Shown: piece after piece, positions 45,455-58,489 of the stretch
How the letters are laid out: every line of letters starts with the position of its first letter
How positions within the stretch are numbered: the first letter of the stretch is position 1
NCBI GenBank assembly: GCA_013239625.1
Contig: MU053933.1
Coordinates: 3,463,817-3,527,816, forward strand
Reading direction: 5' to 3'
Origin: Lama guanicoe
Taxonomy: Eukaryota
DNA: 64,000 nt
Notes under the pieces: generated by a model
Database searches by the model: none
The model's input: only the letters and a program-made list of their open reading frames with translations
Told to the model about the DNA's origin: nothing
Translations under genes and position numbers: made by a program

Positions 45455-47910
45455 AGATCACTACAATCAAGTTGGATTCATCTCAAGACACAAGGATGGT
45501 TCGACATACCCAGATAATCAATGTGATACATCACATCAGCAAAGGACAAAAATCACATGATCATCTTATTACATGCAAAAAGAGTTTTAGATAAAATTCG
45601 TCATCCATTCATGATAAAAACTCTTACCAAAGTGGGTACAGAGGGAACATATCTCAACATAATAAAAGTTATTTGTAACAAAACTACAGCCAGCATAATA
45701 CTCAATGGTGAAAACTTGAAAGCGTTCCCACTAAAATCTGGAATAAGACAGGGATACTCACTCATACCGCTTCTGTTCAACCTAGTCTTAGAAGTTCTAG
45801 TCACAGCTATCAGACAAGAAAAAGAAATAAACGGGATCCAAATTGAAAGAGAAGAGGTGAAACTGTCACTTTATGCAGATGACATGATACTATGTATAGA
45901 AAACCCTAAAGATTCCATACAAAAGCTATTAAAGCTGATAAAGCAAATTCAGCAAGGTAGCAGGACACAAGATTCACATACAGAAATTTGTTGCATTTCT
46001 CTGCACTCACAATGAAATATCAGGAAAGTAAGGAAACAATCCCTTTTAAAATTGCATCCAAAAAAATAAAATATTTAGGAATAAATCTGACCAAGGAAGT
46101 AAAAGTCTTAGAAGTGGAAAACTACAAAACATTGACTAAGGAAATTAAAGATGACTTAAAGAAATAGAAAGATATCCCATGCTCTTGGATTGGAAGAATT
46201 AATATTGTTAAAATGGCCATGCTATCCAGAGCAATCTACAGATTTAATGTGATCCCTATCAAATTACTCAGGACATTTTTCACACAACTGGAACAAATAA
46301 TCCTAAAATTTACATGGAATCACAAAAGACCCAGAATTGCCAAAGCAATACTGAAGAAAAAGATGAAACTGGAGGAATAATCCTCCCAGACTTTAGACAA
46401 TACTACAGAGCTACAGTAATCAAAACAGCGTGGTATTGGCGCAAAAACAGACTTATGGATCAGTGGAACAGAATAGAGCCCAGAAATGAACTCATAGAAA
46501 TACAGTCAATTAATCTTCAACAAAGAAAGCAAGAATATACAATGGAGAAAAGACAATCTCTTCAGCAAGTGGTGTTGGGAAAACTGGATAGCAGCATGTA
46601 AATCAATGAAATTAGAATACTCTCTCACACCATACACAAAAATAAACTCAAAATGGATTAAAGACTTAAACATCAGACAAGACACTATAAACCTCCTAGA
46701 AGAAAACATAGGCAAAACATTTTCTCACATAAATCTTAGCAGTGTTCTCCTAGGTCAGTCTACCCAGGCAATACAAATAAGAGCAAAAATAAACACATGG
46801 GACCTAATTAAACTTATGATCTTCTGCACAGCAAAGGAAATCATAAGCAAAACAAAAAAACTATGGAATGGGAGGAAGTATTTGCAAAAGATGAGACTGA
46901 TAAGGGCTTAATTTCCAAAATAAGCAGCTCATACAATGTAATAACAAAAAAATAAACAACCCAATCCGGAAATGGGCAGAAGGCCTAAACAAACATTTCT
47001 CCAATGAAGACATACAAATGGCCAAGAGGCACATGAAAAAATGCCCAGTATCACTAATTATCAGAGAAATGCAAATCAAAACTACAATGAGGTATCATCA
47101 CCTCACACCAGTCAGAATGGCCATCATTAAAAAGTCCATGAATGGTAAATGCTGGAGAGGCTGTGGAGAAAGTGAACCCTCCTACACTGTTGGTGGGAAG
47201 GCATTTTAGTGCAGCCATTATGGAGGACAGTATGGAGATTCCTTAAAAAACTAAAAATAGATATACCCTATGATCCGGCAATCCCACTCCTGGGCATGTA
47301 TCTGGAGGAGACTCTAATTTGAAAAGATACAAGCACCCCAGTGTTCATAGCAGCACTATTTACAATGGCCAAGACATGGAAACAACCTAAATGTCCATCG
47401 ACAGATGACTGTATAAAGAAACTGGTATATTTATACAATGGAATACTACTCAGCCATAAAAAATAATAAAATAATGCCATTTGCAGCAACATGGATGGAC
47501 CTGAAGATTGTCATTCTTAGCGAAGTAAGCCAGACAGAAAGAAAAATACCATATGATATCACTCACATGTGAAATCTAAAAAAACAATACAAGTGAACTT
47601 ATTTACAAAACAGAAACAGATTCACAGCTATAGAAAACAAACTTACGGTTATCGGGGGGAAGACGGTGGGTGGAGAGATGAATTGGGAGTTTGGGATTAG
47701 CAGGTACAAGCTACTATATACAAGATAGGTAAACGAGAAGATTGTACTGTACAGCACAGGGAAGTACATTCAGTACCTTGTGAAGGCCTATAATGGAAAG
47801 AATATGGAAAAGAAGATATATCTTCATGTGTAACTGAATCACTGTGCTGTACAGCAGAAATTAACACAACATTGTAAACTGATTACGCTTCAGTTAAACA
47901 AAAGGAAAAA
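45455..47910 (+). mobile_element. 5'-truncated LINE-1 (~2.45 kb): ORF2 reverse-transcriptase to C-terminal region, 3' UTR and A-rich tail; inactivated
   Basis: Broken ORFs contain [52 protein letters not shown] and [14 protein letters not shown]; multiple stops and frameshifts. Confidence 0.96.
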
Positions 47911-49756
47911 CTCTGATTTTATAACAAGTTCCAAAAGCCCAAAAGCAATGACGATTCTATTTAAAGCATTAGCACAGGTAAAAGAAATGTTAAATTCTGA
48001 ATTAAGAGAGAAACTGCCAAAGTGTATCTTTACCTTTAAAGGTGGGTTAACACTTAGAGTTGGGAGGGGTGTGAGCGAGGATTGCAGAGGAAAGACTGAA
48101 AGGCACCGGGAGTTGGGGGGCTCTCGTGTGAACATGTGGGGCTGGAGCAGCAGGAGACCTGCGTAGGTGCATGGGCCTGGGGTTCTGCTGCCGCCCAGGG
48201 GTGTCCCCGGAGGTCAGGGAGAAGGGTACGCGGCCTTCAGGCCGACTGGACTTGCAGGAAGCTGTTTTCACTGTGAAGTTATCTTACAAGTGTCCTTAAA
48301 ATGTGCTTGTTGGGTAAAGTGACGCTGTGGTGTGAGGACCTGTGTCCTGCCACCCAGGTTAGGTGCCTGAAAGACTCCTCCGGCCTCCCCCACCCTCCAT
48401 CCACCGAGGTGACCCCTTTCGATCTGCCTAGGTTTCTCACTCACTGACGTGTTCCTGAGGCTCTGCTGTGGGGATGTGGCTGTTTTCGGCCTTCACAAGT
48501 GGCTGTGTCACCAGGTTGACTGCAGGTGCCCCGATGTCGCTGGCAGGACTGCCCCACCGTCCTCGTTGCCTGATGTCCTCTGTCCGGTGCACGTACCCCA
48601 GCGGCTCGGCAGTGGACTGGGCTTATTACTGGTTTTCTGCCTTGATGAGTCGAGCCACCCTGAGTTTTCTAGGAGCTTCTTATCCCTGCAAGTGTGTTCT
48701 GCCCGCGTGCAGCCTGGTCAGGCGGCGCCAGCCTGTTTCTGAGTGCGTCCACCACGTGTGCCCTCGAGTGCCTGCTACTCCACCTCCTCACCAGGACTTG
48801 GGATGTTCCTGCTTTTTAATTCTTGCCAGTTCTGTGGCAACAAAGTGCTGTTTCGTGGTGGTCTTAATTTGCTGATGAGGCTGTGTGTTTTTTACTGTGT
48901 TTGTGGTCCGCTTTTGTTTCCCTGTCTGTGAAACGCTGTTTTGTGTCTTTGGCCATTTTGTGTTTGAAACAGTTGCCTGCCTGCTCCCTGCTGGTCTAGG
49001 GACGTCCCTTGTGTTTCTGGGTTTTTTCTAGTTTGTGTTTTTTTCCTTCGTCTTGTTATCTTTTGACAAGCAGGTGTTCTTGGTTGATGAGTTAACGCGA
49101 TTACCTTTTTTCTTTTGCAGTTTGTACTTTGCCTGCCTTGCTTAAGAAATCATTTCCTATTTCACATAAGCATTCTCTGATTATTTTCTGAGTTGTTGTT
49201 TTAATTCACTTGGAAGGATACACGGAAGCGGAGTTATTTCCCGTGAGGGCTGAGACCTGCGTGTTGAGTCTATCCCTGCCTTGCTTGCGGCCCACGGGCA
49301 ACGGGGTCATGGGTCATGGGTCAGGCTCACACGTGCATGTGGGTGGCCTCTGGCCTCCCTCCTAGGTTTATTTGATCAGTCTGTCTGCCCCGAGCAATGC
49401 CCTGCAGTTCCAGGGGCCCAGCATGTGGCCCGCAGCCCGCGGCCCCAGCTCCGCTCTTTTCAGGGATGTTTGCTATTGCTGGCCCCCAGCTCTCGGGAGC
49501 ACCAGGCTCGGAAGTCTCCTGCGGGGTTGTGGGCGAAATGCATTGTCTCTGCACTCCTTCAGGGGAACTGACGTCTTTACAAGATGGATGTGTTCTGGGA
49601 TTCTGGAATACCTCTTTTTAATTGATTTTGGTAGTTGCTGCCACTGGATTTTATAATTTTCTCCATGGAGACCTTGCATATCGTTTGTTAGATTTGTATT
49701 TCAACACTTGTTGTCAAGTGCTTTAATTGTACTTCAAAACCGATGGTTATTGAGTA

Positions 49757-50187
49757 CAGATGGCCCCTAACTTAAAATGGCTTGACTTAGGATTTTTGGA
49801 TTCCATGACGGTGCAGAAGTGACACACATTCAGTGCAAACCGTACTTTGAACTTCTGTCTTCTCCTGGGCTAGTGCTGTGGTCCGATCCCCTCTCAGGCC
49901 GGACGGGGCAGCCGTGGGTCAGGAGGACGAACAGCTGGCGATGACAGCCCCCAGCTTCTCCCTTCCACACAGTGTCAGCCAGCACTGCAGTATCAAACGG
50001 GCTCTGTGTTAAGATTGTGCCCAGCTGTAGGCGGCGTGAGTGTCCGAGCTCGTTAATGGCAGGCGGAGCGAAGCTGTGATGTTCGGTAGGTCAGGTGTAT
50101 TAAGTGCATTTTCGACTTAGAGGTCTAGTTTGCAGTTTACGACGGGTTTGTCAGGACGCAGCCCCGTCGTAAGCTGAGGAAGGTCTG
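49757..50187. mobile_element. TcMar-Tigger family non-autonomous DNA transposon
   Basis: Imperfect TIRs cagatggcccctaacttaaaatgg ... ccgtcgtaagctgaggaaggtctg; TA on the left flank. Confidence 0.75.
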
Positions 50188-51390
50188 TGAATGCAGCCAC
50201 TCTTGTGTCCTGACCTGACTGGGGAGTCTTCCGCCTTTAACAACTAAGTTGTTGCTACGGGAAGTTGTTGGTGATCTTTTTCAGGTGAAGGAAGATTTCT
50301 TCTCTCCAATTTGTGATAGATATTTATCATATGGGTGTTAAATTTGCTTTTTCTCCATTTATTGATATATTATTTTTCTCATTTAACCTGTTAACATAAA
50401 TCACTTGAATGATTTTCTAACATTAAACCAGCGTATCTATGTGATAAAATGAGACACAATTTCCAGGTATTCCTGTATTTTATTTTCTAGTATCCTTTTT
50501 AAACCTTTGGCATCATGTTTCTTTTCATTGTGATTGACTGTAATTTTCCTTTTTTTCACGGTTCAGTCTCAAAACAAGTGAGGAGTGTCCTCTCTCGCAG
50601 CCTTTCTACTCTCTGGAAGAGTCTTTATGTGATTGAAATGATCTGTTCCTTAAATGTTTAATGAAATCATTTAAGGAGAAAGCTGCCTAAACTTAAACTT
50701 TCTTTGTGGGAAGACATTAAAGTAAAAATCTGATTTTTAAAGTGTAATAAGACCATATTTTCTGTGTTGTTAAGATTTTTATTTGCACTTTTTCTTGTTC
50801 AAAGTTGCTTGTGGTCCCTCTTAGGTTTTCTCCCCCAGTTTCTGTGTTCTCTCAGCAGTGGAGAAAGGAGGACTGGCTGAGGGACAAGTCTGCTGTCCCG
50901 TGGGCTCTGCGTGGATTCGCCGCCCCCGCCCGCACTCCAGCAGCCCTGACCCGTCGGGCATGCGGCTCCTGCGCTGGCGGCGCGGCTCCTCTTCTGTCTC
51001 TTTTGTCCATTTTTTGGTCGTTGTTTGCCACCTTGAATCCTGTTTAGTTTTTCCATTTTCTCTGATTTTTTCAGCTACCTGAATGTCTTAGCCTGTCATA
51101 ACGAGTGGTTTACCGAATCTGCACTCTTTCCTGAGTTCTCTCTGCCCCCAACACTGAAACCGTTTACAGTTTCTTTCATTCTCTTCAGTAAATTGGTTTC
51201 ACAGTTTCTCTCTCTCTTCCTCTGGCTGGTGTCCTGTCTATGTCCTTTCTGACATTGTTTTACGGGACCCCTGCTGCTCCCTCATCTGTTTTCTCCTCCC
51301 CACAAACCTGCTCTTGGAGAAAGAAAGCCCTTCACAGAAACTTAATTTTAACTGAATTGTTCTAACTAAAGCTTTGTTTTTCTTCAACAG

Positions 51391-51542
51391 CTACAAGACC
51401 AAATTTTATCCTTAAACCACGAGGTAGAAGAGTGCCATTCGGAACTGGAGAGGCTCCAGCAGAGGCGGGAACGGGAGAACCAGGAGGGCACGAACCTCAT
51501 CTCAATGCTCAAGTCCGACATCGACCTATCTCACGGCGAAAG
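51391..51542 (+). CDS. PCNT: Pericentrin exon 17 (LQDQILSLNHEVEEC...RRERENQEGTNLISMLKSDIDLSHGE)
   Basis: Acceptor ttttcttcaacag|CTA, donor AAG|gtcagt; 152 nt, phase 0/2. Confidence 0.96.
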
Positions 51543-53206
51543 GTCAGTGGCCGCCGCCCGAGCCCTGCTCATGGCCAGAGTGTGCATGGGCCCCTGGCGG
51601 GATAGGACCCCTGTGCTCGGACCCTCTCGTTCAAGAAGATGTTAAACGTCCAGACAAGTACTGAGTCATGTCACAGAACCACATGCCTCCACCTCGCTTT
51701 GCCAGACCTTTACCTTTTGCCAGATTGTGAAGTCTGCTGACGCGGTGAAGGCACAGTTGCCGACCCGTCCCTTCCTCTGGTTTGTTCTGGAGCCCTACGT
51801 AAGAAACAGTGTCCTGCCTGGAGCCGCGCACATTTCCCCTCGTGCCTTCTTGTGGTCTTAGTTTGGCTTCCCCTGTGGGTCTGGCCTGGCCTGGGGCCGT
51901 TCAGTTGTTTGCGCCTGACATCAGGGAATGCGCTGGTCTCTGCGGAGTCGGCTCAGTGGCACTGCTGGGAAGGGCAACTCCTGAGTCGGCTCTCTGGGCC
52001 CCTCTGCAGCCCCTGGCCTGTCGCTGCCAGTGTCTGGTCCGGCTGCTCGGTGCTCTGTGGTCCCTGCCACCCTGACCCCTGGTCTGAGCTCAGGGGTCGG
52101 GGTGTGTGCGGCTTGTGGGTCGGGGGAGGCCAGGTGGGGAGGTGTCTTGTCACACGGGTGCAGTCTCCGTTCACTCCCTTTCCGGTTCCCTTGTCTCCGT
52201 GAGGACCTTTCACGCTGTTGCCAGCACGTGCTCGTAGCTGCCTTGTGGCTTGTAGGTGTGTGCCGGGCAGAGGGTGGCAGGCCCGGCTGTGAACCTGGGA
52301 GGGCGTGGCGGAGCAAAGCACCTGAGGTTTTGGAGGGCGTGCTTGGTGGCTGAGACGCCCCGATACCCACAGGCGTTTGGCGTTTGTGAGGATCATGACG
52401 GGGACCAGGGGTCGGCATGGCCTGGACACGGTACAAGGATTGGGGGGGGAGAGTAGCGCCTTCTGGTGTTTTATCTCAGAGCAGAGCAGACACTGCCTGC
52501 CCAATTCCGTCTCCAGGGTGGTCCTAACGCTGCCCCCTCCACCCCTGCCACAGGGCTCTGACGGCCCTGGTAGCCTCCTGCAGAGGCAGGGCCCCAGCTA
52601 CGTGCAGTCTGCTCCTGCCCGCCTCATCTCAGTCCCCAGACCCTGTTCTCACTGTCTCTGTCCCTCACCTGGAGGTTCGCTTCCCGAGGGGTGGCTCTTC
52701 TGTTTGAGTGGAGTTTCTGTGCTGGGCCCGAGGGAGGGATGTGAGTTGTGAATGGATGGGGTGACATCTTGCGGGGGCAGGACCGCATCCCCGGTGGGGT
52801 CACCATGCCACAGATGATGAGCCCCAGCTGGAAGGGCCGGATCAGAAGGATGCAGTTCAGAGGCAGGGTGCAGACTGACTTGTGATCCTGTGAGAAACCG
52901 AGCCTCTCACCTCCCAGGCTTGTGTGGCCCCAGAGGGAGGCACCAGGAGTGCTCACCATGCATACTGGCAGTGGGTTAGGTGTGACTTCTGATTTTCCAG
53001 CAGGTGTCTCACGAGAGGGTAGAACCCTGCATGGCCACGTTGGTGCCTGGCTCTGCTCCTGTGGGACAGGCTGGGCGCATACAGCCCCGCCAAGGGGAGA
53101 GCAGCTATGAGGCGGCTCTGGGTGCAGCTGGTGTGTGGCTCAGGGCCCCTGCCTGGGGCCGGAAGGCTGGGGTCTGGGCTGATGCCGCCTGCCGCACACC
53201 CCCCAG

Positions 53207-53346
53207 GAGAGCTCTCCGGGACGCGCTGAGAAGGCTGCTGGGTTTGTTTGGAGAGACACTCGAGGCTGCCGTCACTCTGAGGAGCCGGATTGGCGAGCGC
53301 GTGGGGCTATGCCTGGAGGAGGAGAGCCCGCCTGATGCGCCCGCAG
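53207..53346 (+). CDS. PCNT: Pericentrin exon 18 (RALRDALRRLLGLFGETL...RIGERVGLCL...APA)
   Basis: Acceptor acccccccag|G, donor CAG|gtgagc; 140 nt, phase 2/1. Confidence 0.95.
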
Positions 53347-53433
53347 GTGAGCACCGCGGCCCTGCGCTCAAGGCTGCTCCGCAGGGTGGGGGTGCCTGTC
53401 CGCCTGCAGCTCCCCTGTCTGCTCACGTCATAG

Positions 53434-53672
53434 CCTCTGTGCCTGATGAGACGTGGCCTGGGCTTGACGCGGCCCTGCCGGAGCTGGACCGGACCTCGCC
53501 CGAGTGTGCGGAGACATCTTCGGTGGCCGAGATTAGCAGTCACATCCGCGAAAGCTTTTTCATGAGCCCGGAGAGCACACTGGAGTGCGAACAGCCCATC
53601 CGGAGGGTCTACCGGAGCCTGGGCCTGGCGGTGGATAGCCTCCTGGAGATGGTCCTGGACTCCACACGGCAG
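53434..53672 (+). CDS. PCNT: Pericentrin exon 19 (ASVPDETW...SSVAEISSHIRESFFMSPES...DSTRQ), containing the PLK1 site cluster
   Basis: Acceptor cacgtcatag|CC, donor CAG|gtgaga; 239 nt, phase 1/0. Confidence 0.93.
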
Positions 53673-55410
53673 GTGAGACGTGCCCGCGTGGGGCCTGCAG
53701 TTGGTCCTCTTCAGAGGGAGGTGCTGAGCAAGTGGGCGGCGGGGCCGGCAGCTGCCCCGGATGCTCTGCTGGGCGCTGCTCCTGCAGCGTTCCTGACTCC
53801 CGGTTCGCAGGCGAGGCGGGGAGTGTCCCCTCCCAGGCGACCCTGACTTCTCCCGGTCTTCTCTTCTCTTCTGCTGGTGCCGTCCTGGTCCTGTTACTCC
53901 AGAGATTTCGCCCACGTGGCTTCCTCAAGTAGGAGTCTTTCCTCAGCCGAAATTCTCGAGGAAGGAGGCTTGCTGTGGATGAAAACTAGATCCTCAGTGT
54001 ACTTACTTTAGGGCACGTGTGTCCACCCGCCTTTATGTACTTCATACCCTGGTTTAATTCCACATTGAATATATTTATATTTAAAGATTGTTACCGAAGA
54101 TGAGAATTTTTTGTTAACTTTTTAGAAAATTTCAGAAAATTATCAAAGACCTTAAATAGGAAGATGTGGAAGGCGATAGAGACCTTTTTCCGAAGTTGTC
54201 CAGTTAGAAGATGAGCATTTTCACGTGAGGCTGTTGCCATCTCAGGAAAACCGAGAAAGTGTTGCCCCTGCAGTGAAAGCAAGTAGGTCAGCAGTGCTGA
54301 ACTCGGACGTTTCTCCTCCAGTTTCTTTCCATCTTCTCTCAAAAACTGGACGGAGTTGGGCCGCGTCTGAGAAGTCATCAGGTGCTTTTGAGTGTCTCCC
54401 AAGTGCAGTTAATGGAAGCAGATGCTCTTGGGTGCGTCTTGTGGGCAGGCATCCCGCCTGCAGGTCTGACCTGGCGCCAGGCCCTGCATCGCATCTGCGC
54501 TCGTGCGCGGGTGTGTGGGGGCCTCGCTGGCTCGTCAGAAGTCCTGCCCCCACCAGTGTGCTCCGTGGGGGCAGCAGGCGGGCTTGGTGAGGTGGGTGAG
54601 CCTTGTGGGAGGTGGGAGTTGGCAGGAGGGCCCTGTTCAGGTCGGGGTCGGTGGTGGGGGCCACCTGAGGGCCTTTGGCTGCAGGAAGAGCAGGTGGTGG
54701 CCGGCCAGCTGGAGTCGGGCAGGTGTTCGAGAGGGCGGGGGCTGTGGGAGGGGCCACAGCAGCCAGGCCGCTTCAGAGCTGTTGTCAAGGGGAAGCTGGC
54801 AGGCGTCCTTAAGAGGCCAGGCCCTGGGTGGGTCAGAGCTGGTCACACGCAGGGGGCGGAGGCGCCCAGGCCAGGTGCTGAGCTTTCTGCCAGGATAGTT
54901 GTGTGTGCACATTTTGAACTGAGAAATTGATCTGGGCCCCCAGCCTGTGTGGATGGCCTGGGAGCCTCAGACAGGACGTGCCCACCAGGGGAGCGTGGGA
55001 GGGGCTTCGTGGTGACCCAGCTGGGGAGGGAGGGTCGCACACAGGCAGTGGAGGTGCGGTGAGTTTTCTGCTCGGTGTGGTGACCGAGCCCTTGCATGCC
55101 CTCCACCTGCAGGTCACCAGGTGGCCTGTCCCTGCCCGGGCCCTTTGAGACGCTCTCCTCTCAGTGCCACCCACAGACGCACGTGGGGGCAGTGTTTGCG
55201 AGCAGCGGGCTGTCTGCCTGCGGGCACGGAGCTTTTCTGTGTTGAGAACGTGTTGGTTATTCAGTGACTGACGTGGCAGCACACACTGACGTTGCTGTTG
55301 ACGGGGTGTTTGTGGTTTCACCCAAATTCTGTGCGAGGAGCACTCTGTCAGTGTCCGTGAAGCTTTGATCGCTTTCGGTACCGAGTCCCATTGTCAAACG
55401 TGTCTCGCAG

Positions 55411-55573
55411 CTGGAGGAGGCACGTCAGATCCACTCTCACCTGGAGAAGGAGTTCAGCTGCAAGAGCGAGGAGACAGCGCAGGTGGTGAGAAAGCACCAG
55501 GAGCTGCTGGAATGCCTGGACGCGGAGAGCACGGCCAAGACCCGGCTGACACTGGAGCTGCACAAGGCAGAGG
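55411..55573 (+). CDS. PCNT: Pericentrin exon 20 (LEEARQIHSHLEKEF...LELHKAE)
   Basis: Acceptor tgtctcgcag|CTG, donor AGG|gtgagc; 163 nt, phase 0/1. Confidence 0.96.
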
Positions 55574-55778
55574 GTGAGCCTGGCAGGAGGGGCTGTGGCC
55601 TCAGTGACCCACGGACCTGGTGTCCGGCGCCCACGGAGGCCTCGTGTGCCGGGCGCTCGTCTGGCCCGCAGGTGACCCGAGCCATCTGTGCGGGAGCAGG
55701 ACACAGGCCCGGCCGCTCAGCTCCCAGCGGAGCCTCAGCTGCTGTGTCTCCCGTGTCCCTCTTGTCCTCTGTCCGCAG

Positions 55779-55991
55779 GCATCATCGAGGGGTTCAAGGA
55801 GGAGAAGGCCGGGCTGCAGGAGGCCCTGGGCCAGAAGGAGGCGAGTGAGCGGGGCCTGGTGGTGGAGCTGGAGGGCCTGCAGCAGCAGCTGCAGCGGGCG
55901 AACCAGCAGCTGGCGGAGCTGCAGGAGGAGAACCACGCGCTGCAGGGCCAGAAGGAGGCCATGACCGTGGCAGCGGGAGAGAGAGAAGCCG
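55779..55991 (+). CDS. PCNT: Pericentrin exon 21 (GIIEGFKEEKA...GEREA)
   Basis: Acceptor ctctgtccgcag|GC, donor CCG|gtagga; 213 nt, phase 1/1. Confidence 0.95.
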
Positions 55992-58489
55992 GTAGGACAC
56001 AGAGCTGCTGGGCTGTGGGTGGAGCTGCTGGCTCGTGGGCTGGAGGTCTAAGGTGAAGGAGGTGAGGGCGCGGGCTCCTCAGGGTCAGGCTGCCAGGGGG
56101 CATGGCCGGTGCCCAGCTCTCCACAAGGCCTGGTCACCAGCGAGAGGAGGTGCTGAGAACACTGCTTGCCTTGTTGTCAGTGTCAGTCCGGACGTCCCAC
56201 GAGGCAGTAAGCCAGCAGAAAGTGTTCATTTGGGATCGAAGAATTGTAGTTTGGAGCAGAGAGATTCGGTTCCCCCTGGGGAACAAAGTTGGGGCTTTTA
56301 AAGACAGAGAAGGCAGATTTGCCTTACAAGGAATTTTCACTGGAGGCAGAAGCCAGTTGGGCTGAACGTGCCAGGCGCTCAGGCCGTCCGTCCCGTACGG
56401 GAGGATGAGTCTGTTAACGGGAACAAGGGGCAGGTGAGGCCTCTGGCCAAGTCCTTGGACCCCCGTGCTTTGGCCTGGTTCTGAGGTTCCCGGCTGCGCC
56501 CTTTGGGCACATGTGCACCATACACTCCTCAGTGGCCCGGGCTCCGCGTTAAAACCCCTTGACGTGGTGCCTCCGCTTTACTTCACGTTTCACAAGATAA
56601 ACAGCCCAAAACCATGAAGAAAATGAGGGCTGCTTTGAAGTTGTGTTTAAAATTACCAAATAAGCGCCTAATGTTAACTTCAGCTAGGAAGACGTACAGT
56701 TTTAGCAAAAGTAGTTCATTATAGTTTTAGATTCTTAGTTTTGATCTTAAAATATTTAATATAAAGACAGTTTAAACAAAAAGCTTACAGTGTGACATTT
56801 GCAGGCGGTGTCATCAGCGGGTCTGTAAGATGTGATTCTGCGTGAGTTCGGGTCCAGGTTCCCAGACCTGTCCCAACCAGGCAAATGGGGGTGCGTGGGG
56901 GCCCTCGCCCCGTCTCATCCCTGAGGGAGCCGCTGCCTTTCGGGGGTTGTGCTGAGCTGGGTCTGGGCGTGCTCCATCCCCGCCAGTCAGGAAACTCATT
57001 TCTCTTCCTCCAAGTTCTTCTCTTTAATTCTTCTCATTGATAAACTACCAAATTCCTGTTTTGTCTGCTTGGTTAATTTCTGCCTTTGTCTTTGTCACCT
57101 CTCTGGGGTGGGACTTGTGACTCATGCTAACCCTTGGTCTTGTGTCTACGTGCGAGCCTGACAGGCCTGCAGTCTCCTGAAGCAAAGAGTGATTGTACCG
57201 TTGCCTTAATTTCTGTCCACACGAGTTATTAAAACTGTCTGTGGCCATTTCTAGACTTGATCTTCTTGTTCAGTTTTCTCGTAATACATGTAACATCTCT
57301 TTGTCTCTTTTCCATTTTTTGATGTAAATTTCTGATGTTAAAAAAAATTTACCTGCTTTCTTTTTCCCCGGGACGTCTTTTTTCACCCCTTCACTCTCAG
57401 TCTTTTTTATACTCTAAATTGTGTCCCTTACGGACGTGGTGTTCATTAAAAGCTGACCTGTGGCGTCTTCTTGTTCTGCGTCGTCTCGGGGCTTCCTGGG
57501 ACTTGCTCCCCTCCCGCCTCGCCGCTGAGGGGTGGCGGCTGGCTGCTGCTGACCGTGCGGCCTTCTGCTCCCCCGGCACGGAAACCAGTCCTCTCTCCCC
57601 TCCAGCTTCTGCTCGGCCCAGGGACGGGTGTGTGAGCACAAGAGCACGTGTGCTCCGCGAGTCCCTGTCGTGTGCACGGTGCTCCCTCGGTGGCAGTGAG
57701 ATGGGGGTTGTTTTCGCCCCGACTCTGTGGACTGGACTCTTTCAAAGAAGGACTGTGAGGGGTACTTTCCAAGACCCTGAGGACCTGAAAGTTTCCTTGT
57801 TTCACTTTCATCCTTAAATAAAGTGGTGGCTGGAAGATGCAGCCCTAGGCTTGATTTCCTTTCCTTTAACACTTCGAGACCGCACACGTCGTTTTCTGGC
57901 ACCCCGCTCTCGGCTGAGGTGTCGGTCATGTGTCTTTGCGGGTGTTTTCAGGCGCTTCTCTTTGCTGGGATGTTCTCACGTGTCAGAGGACTGTGTCTAG
58001 GAGGTCCCGCTCTGCCGGGGGCCTGGCGTCTCGCATCCGGGGCTTTGTCCGTCGTTATTTCCTCAACGTCGTCTCTTCTGCCTGATACTTTCCTGTCCAC
58101 ACGTGCTGTGGGCCTCACGTCCCAGTGGGCAGTGCCCTGTTCCCAGGTATTAGTGCCCTGGCCTGTCCCGTCTGAGACCCGTGTTTGTTACCGTGACCTC
58201 TCACGCCTGCAGCCCACCCTCCTCGCATCGGGTGTAAGTGCGTCAGAGTCGGGACCCCGTGGGAGACACAAAGTGCGGGGCCGGCTGAGCGGCCACACGG
58301 CCCTGAGCCAGGGAGCAGCCTCGTCCCGGCTGCCCAAGGCCCCAGTGACTCTGCCTGGACTGGCCCGCAGGCCCTGATCCACCCACACCTGGGCCTGGAC
58401 CTCCCCTGGCGCCTTCAGGGCGATGCCATCTGTACTGTGTTTTTCCTTACCGTCGGTGCCAGAGCCCCTGGGAGCCGGGGCCCACAGGG

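Noticed and set aside
45557..46015. Reverse-transcriptase ORF with YADD as a novel RT system
   Set aside because: It is part of an ordinary 5'-truncated L1 ORF2 broken by stops and frameshifts.
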